This document shows positions 60,035 to 64,000 of a stretch of 64,000 bases of DNA, in pieces. The stretch is from Candidatus Krumholzibacteriota bacterium. GTDB taxonomy: Bacteria; Krumholzibacteriota; Krumholzibacteriia; Krumholzibacteriales; Krumholzibacteriaceae. The first letter of the stretch is position 1. Each line of letters starts with the position of its first letter. The stretch spans positions 79,725-143,724 of the forward strand of contig JAFGBF010000015.1 of the NCBI GenBank assembly GCA_016933255.1. The letters are read 5' to 3'. Position numbers and translations under genes: made by a program. Below the pieces are notes generated by a model, which saw only the letters and a program-made list of their open reading frames with translations, did no database searches and had not been told where the DNA came from.

Positions 60035-62146
60035 ATGAACCGAGGGAAGGCAATGCTGATGCTGCTCGCGGCCGCGTTCACGGTTATTTTTGCCGCGCAT
60101 CCTGCGGCTTCAGAAGAAAGCAGGATCCCATGGATGCCGAAAGATATCTGGCAGCTGAAAAGGATCAGTGACAGTCATATTTCCCCCGACGGGAAATGGA
60201 TAGCATATGTTGTTACGGCAACTGACTACGAGGAGAATAAAAGCGACTCCGATATATGGGTCATCTCTTCTTCCGGCGGAGATCCCAGAAAGATGACAAA
60301 TTCTCCAAAAGGTGATAATCACCCAAGATGGTCGCCAGACGGAAGGAGCATCGCTTTTCTCTCGTCGCGGGGGGAATCAAGACAGGTCTATATAATTCCC
60401 TTTGACGGCGGAGAAGCCAGAAAGATAACAGACTTTCCGGGCGGTATCGGTGAACTGGAATGGCTCCCGTCAGGAGATGGATTTGTATTTACAGGGCGTA
60501 TATATCCGGATTGCCCCGATCCTGATTGTGTTGTAGAGAGGGACAAAGAGATAGAGGAAAGAAAAGTGACCGCGATGGTCCATAGAAAGCTCCTCTATCG
60601 CCACTGGGATACTTATGATGACGGCAAGGTTCAGCACATTTTTACCGTCTCCACAGACGGGGGAGATCCGGTCGATCTTACTCCCGGCCTTAGATTTGAC
60701 GCACTTACGTACTGGCTCGCTTCAGCCGGGTGTGATCTTGATATCAGTCCTGACGGCAGGATGGTCTATTTTTCGGGAAAACAGGACGAGGATCAGGCCG
60801 TTTCGTATAATGAGGAGATCTGGAGTGTTTCTGTAGCCGGCGGGGAAGTTAAAAAGGTCACATCGAACCTCGCCGCCGACAGTCATCCCCGGGTCTCGCC
60901 GTGCGGCAAGTATCTTGCGTGGAGAGGCACGCGCAGGCCGGGATATGAATCGGACAGGTATGAGTTGATGGTGATGGATCTTCCTGATGGAGAGCCGAGG
61001 AGCCTGACGAGTGATTTCGACAGAAGCGTATCGTCTCTTTTCTGGAGTCATGACGGCAGGAAGATATACTTTACCGCGGAAGATCAGGCGAATATCGATC
61101 TGTTCAGCGTAAAGCTTAAAGGCGGAACGGTAGAGAAGGTCGTCAGTGAGAAGAATGCGGGAAAGGGATACCACCTTGGTTTTGACGCGGGGCCTAAGGA
61201 CAGATTCTTTACCTACCTGTATCGGCCGATGAAACACTATTACGAGATATTCAGGATCGATGCGGGAGGCGGAAATAACAAAAAGATCACTGATCTCAAT
61301 GGCGGACTTTATGCCAAATATCATTTTCCCGACGCGGAGGAGATCTGGTATGAAGGAGCCGGAGGGACGAAGATCCACGGGTTCCTTGTCAAGCCGATGA
61401 ATTTCGATCCCGATGGTCAGTATCCGATGCTGGTGAGGATCCACGGCGGGCCGCAGCAGATGTTTGGATACGCGTACAGGACGGAATACGCGGTATTTTC
61501 CGGCGCGGGTTATGCAGTCTTCTTCTGCAATCCAAGAGGATCTACAGGCTACGGGACGGAGATCTGCGACGGGATCAATTATGACTGGGGCGGAAAGGTG
61601 ATCGAGGATATAAAGAGCGGAGTACGCCACGTCCTTGAAAACAATGAATGGATCGACGAAAAGAAGGTCGGCGCCTGGGGAGGGTCGTTCGGAGGATTCG
61701 TATGCAACTGGCTGCAGGGGCATAACAGCGACGGGATGTTCTCTGTCCTTGTCACTCACGCAGGAGAAGCGGACCAGTGGAGTTCATACGGTTCCACCGA
61801 GGAGCTGTGGTTTCCCGAATGGGAATTCGGCGGGACTCCATGGGATACTCCAGAATTGACTGATGAACTGTCGCCGATCCGCTACGCGAAAAATTTCTCC
61901 ACTCCTCATCTGATAATCCATGGAGATCTTGACTACAGGGTACCTGTCACAGGGGGTGAGCAGATGTTCACCGCTCTTCAGAGGCAGGGAGTTCCTTCAA
62001 AGATGATCCGTTATCCGGATGAGAATCACTGGATCCTTCAGCCGCATAACGCAAGATTCTGGTATGCGTCGATTCTCGACTGGTTCGATCAGTGGTTGAA
62101 AAGAGACGGAGAGGAAAAGCCGATCGAAGGGTTCGAAGATATCTAG
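60035..62146 (+). CDS. S9 family peptidase (acylaminoacyl/dipeptidyl peptidase) with beta-propeller
   Basis: Signal peptide, SPDG repeats, IHGGP, NPRGSTGYG, GGSFGG, DYRV, ENHW. Confidence 0.95.
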   Translation: MNRGKAMLMLLAAAFTVIFAAHPAASEESRIPWMPKDIWQLKRISDSHISPDGKWIAYVVTATDYEENKSDSDIWVISSSGGDPRKMTNSPKGDNHPRWSPDGRSIAFLSSRGESRQVYIIPFDGGEARKITDFPGGIGELEWLPSGDGFVFTGRIYPDCPDPDCVVERDKEIEERKVTAMVHRKLLYRHWDTYDDGKVQHIFTVSTDGGDPVDLTPGLRFDALTYWLASAGCDLDISPDGRMVYFSGKQDEDQAVSYNEEIWSVSVAGGEVKKVTSNLAADSHPRVSPCGKYLAWRGTRRPGYESDRYELMVMDLPDGEPRSLTSDFDRSVSSLFWSHDGRKIYFTAEDQANIDLFSVKLKGGTVEKVVSEKNAGKGYHLGFDAGPKDRFFTYLYRPMKHYYEIFRIDAGGGNNKKITDLNGGLYAKYHFPDAEEIWYEGAGGTKIHGFLVKPMNFDPDGQYPMLVRIHGGPQQMFGYAYRTEYAVFSGAGYAVFFCNPRGSTGYGTEICDGINYDWGGKVIEDIKSGVRHVLENNEWIDEKKVGAWGGSFGGFVCNWLQGHNSDGMFSVLVTHAGEADQWSSYGSTEELWFPEWEFGGTPWDTPELTDELSPIRYAKNFSTPHLIIHGDLDYRVPVTGGEQMFTALQRQGVPSKMIRYPDENHWILQPHNARFWYASILDWFDQWLKRDGEEKPIEGFEDI

Positions 62147-62150
62147 GAGA

Positions 62151-63740
62151 TCATTTTTTTTCTGCGGGGAAGCCGAGAAGTTCAAGACCCTTCCCGGCCT
62201 GCCTGTTTTGCGGGTATATCTTAATAGCTTCTTCGAAGGATGCCCGCGCTCTTACTCTATCTCCCTGGGCGGAATAGATGGACCCCAGGCGGACAAGGTT
62301 TTGAGATTCTCCCAACGGGGTATCTTCGGCTACGGTTGTGTTGACCAGCTTCGCGATAAGTAGAAATGCCGCTACCATGAGGGTCGCGTGTATCCACTGC
62401 TTTCCGGCGAAAAGTTTCAGTATGCCGGCGGCGCCCGCGCCCGCAAATGGAATAAGGAAAACAAGCACTGGCAGCCTGTATCTCGCGAGGATATAGAATA
62501 TGACGCCCGCCGCAAAATAGGTCATTACCCCGCCATAGAGCAGCATCAATCTTCTCCATCGTCCGCGGGAGATGAAGATCCCTGTAAGGGCAAGAGGCGC
62601 CACGATCCCGAAATTGAATAGAGGCAGGATCAGGATTCCCCCGAACCTGCGGTGGAAGTCGAGACTTTCGATATTCGCTCTTTCGTATTTGTTCCAGAAG
62701 AATATCGATTTCATTCTGAGAAGATCGGCCCATTTTCCGGTATTTTCCAGACTCGATTCGATCCCCTCTCTCATCCAGAAATCTGAGACCTCAGAGTGTG
62801 TAAGTTCTCTCCCTGTCTCTGACGATGCGATATCATGCATTTTCCGATTCTGTTCTTCGGGGGTCCCTCCGAGAGACCGCCCCCTGTAAGTCGGAACAGA
62901 GTAGAATCCTGTCGATTCGGGATTGTTGCCTATATAGAAGTTTATACCGCCTCCCGTGGTGAGAGGGATGAATTCGCCGGTCAGTCTGGCATTTCTGATA
63001 GTGAGAGGGGCCATCGCTATGACGAGGCCGAAAACAAGGATCACGGAATTGACTGATAATGTCCTTAAGGCTGCCGCCCATTCCCGTTTTCGATTTGCAA
63101 GGACGCCTCCCTCGAATTTTCTTATCCTTAAAAGCAGGTGTACGATGGCAAAAGGAAGCAGAAGAAGAGCAACGGGTTTTGTGATGACTGAAAGGCCGAG
63201 TATAAATCCCGCCAGCAGCAGTCTCGGTCCGGTCGGGTAGCGGCTGTCAGGGATCATCAGAAATAAGAAGAGGGAATTGAGAAACAGAATAAGCGTGGCA
63301 GGAGCGAGCACTCCCTCATAGAAGATAGCAGGCAGATACAGGGCAGAGATCGTTCCCGCGAGGATCCCGGCAGTCGATGAACGGAAGAGCCTTCTTGTCG
63401 ATGCCATGATGAATCCGCAGGTCAGTGTCCCGAGAAGGGCGTGGACGGTCCTGACAGCTGTAAGATCCGGACCGAAGATCCTGTAGATCAAAGAAACGAA
63501 CCACGGAAAAAACGGAGCCTGCATGAACTGCGTCGATCCGGGATCTCCTCCCCATACGAGTGCTTTTGCCCACCTGTCGTAGATTGCGGCGTCAAGGACC
63601 AGGTTGCCTGCCAGGGGGTTTAGTTTTGTCGTGAATATAACGTGTGATATGCGCATGGCGAGAGCGATGAAGATCACAAGCGAAGCGAGAAAAGATTCGC
63701 TGATAAAGAGCCTGCTGTTATCTTTTTTGCCTTGTAGCAC
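62151..63740 (-). CDS. GT-C (GT39/PMT-like) membrane glycosyltransferase with C-terminal TPR
   Basis: D...YD.WA, multi-TM, GG.NFYIGNNP, RYRLP, terminal TPR helix. Confidence 0.75.
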   Translation of the reverse strand: MLQGKKDNSRLFISESFLASLVIFIALAMRISHVIFTTKLNPLAGNLVLDAAIYDRWAKALVWGGDPGSTQFMQAPFFPWFVSLIYRIFGPDLTAVRTVHALLGTLTCGFIMASTRRLFRSSTAGILAGTISALYLPAIFYEGVLAPATLILFLNSLFLFLMIPDSRYPTGPRLLLAGFILGLSVITKPVALLLLPFAIVHLLLRIRKFEGGVLANRKREWAAALRTLSVNSVILVFGLVIAMAPLTIRNARLTGEFIPLTTGGGINFYIGNNPESTGFYSVPTYRGRSLGGTPEEQNRKMHDIASSETGRELTHSEVSDFWMREGIESSLENTGKWADLLRMKSIFFWNKYERANIESLDFHRRFGGILILPLFNFGIVAPLALTGIFISRGRWRRLMLLYGGVMTYFAAGVIFYILARYRLPVLVFLIPFAGAGAAGILKLFAGKQWIHATLMVAAFLLIAKLVNTTVAEDTPLGESQNLVRLGSIYSAQGDRVRARASFEEAIKIYPQNRQAGKGLELLGFPAEKK

Positions 63741-63752
63741 AGCGTTCCCTCT

Positions 63753-64000
63753 TCAGTCTTCCTCGTTTGAGTAATCCTCTGCGATAATATCTTCCACGTG
63801 ACGTTTGTCTTCATCTGTTTTAACAAGTTCCAGCACATGTTCAAATTCTTTTTTTACCGATGTCTCGAATCCCTCGATCATTTTCATCGTTCTCTTCCCG
63901 CTGTTGGCTCTGGTAAAACGCATTTTTCTCAGGAGGGATTCGTAGGATTTGTCAGATGTATAGGAAATAAGCGCATATCTGGCGACGAATATTCCGCATT
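63753..64000 (-). CDS. Hypothetical protein, 3' part (5' end outside window)
   Basis: Open minus-strand frame ...CGIFVARYALISYTSDKSYESLLRKMRF...IIAEDYSNEED-stop ending just before the GT39 gene. Confidence 0.55.
   Translation of the reverse strand, partial: CGIFVARYALISYTSDKSYESLLRKMRFTRANSGKRTMKMIEGFETSVKKEFEHVLELVKTDEDKRHVEDIIAEDYSNEED

Noticed and set aside
8416..61759. Long antisense or alternate-frame ORFs such as 8416-9171, 9744-10556, 19322-20101, 47932-48708 and 60722-61759
   Set aside because: They overlap well-supported genes and carry no recognisable motifs; treated as shadow ORFs
1..64000. tRNA, rRNA, CRISPR arrays, IS or integrase genes, selenocysteine read-through and frameshifted pseudogenes
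   Set aside because: None seen by eye and recognised genes look full length; tRNAscan-SE and Infernal would be needed to exclude small RNAs

Overview
Gene-dense 64 kb bacterial chromosomal window. I saw no rRNA, tRNA, CRISPR array or mobile element. Gene content points to an anaerobic, Gram-negative, peptide-scavenging organism, probably from the FCB superphylum (inferred from a C25 gingipain-like protease with a T9SS/FlgD-type C-terminal domain, a tricorn protease and rubrerythrin/desulfoferrodoxin/FprA). Main blocks: (1) 3' end of gdhA, a PpiC lipoprotein, tex and glgP; (2) an eight-gene oxidative-stress operon headed by a Fur/PerR regulator with a perfect 10-1-10 operator; (3) arfB, sppA, ggt, iscU and a POT/MFS transporter; (4) a complete exosortase/PEP-CTERM locus (two PEP-CTERM paralogs, xrt, epsI, membrane protein, TPR lipoprotein, prsK, prsR, FHA gene) with sigma-54 promoters and an enhancer palindrome; (5) a nitrogen cluster: a second glutamate dehydrogenase, two PPDK_N-type ATP-grasp proteins lacking the PEP/pyruvate catalytic barrel (one fused to a sensor-like domain and a nucleotidyltransferase), a convergent metallophosphoesterase and glnA; (6) envelope, uptake and peptidase genes. 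Block 5 is the best candidate for an undescribed system, possibly a covalent-modification switch for GDH/GS. That function is inference, not demonstrated.
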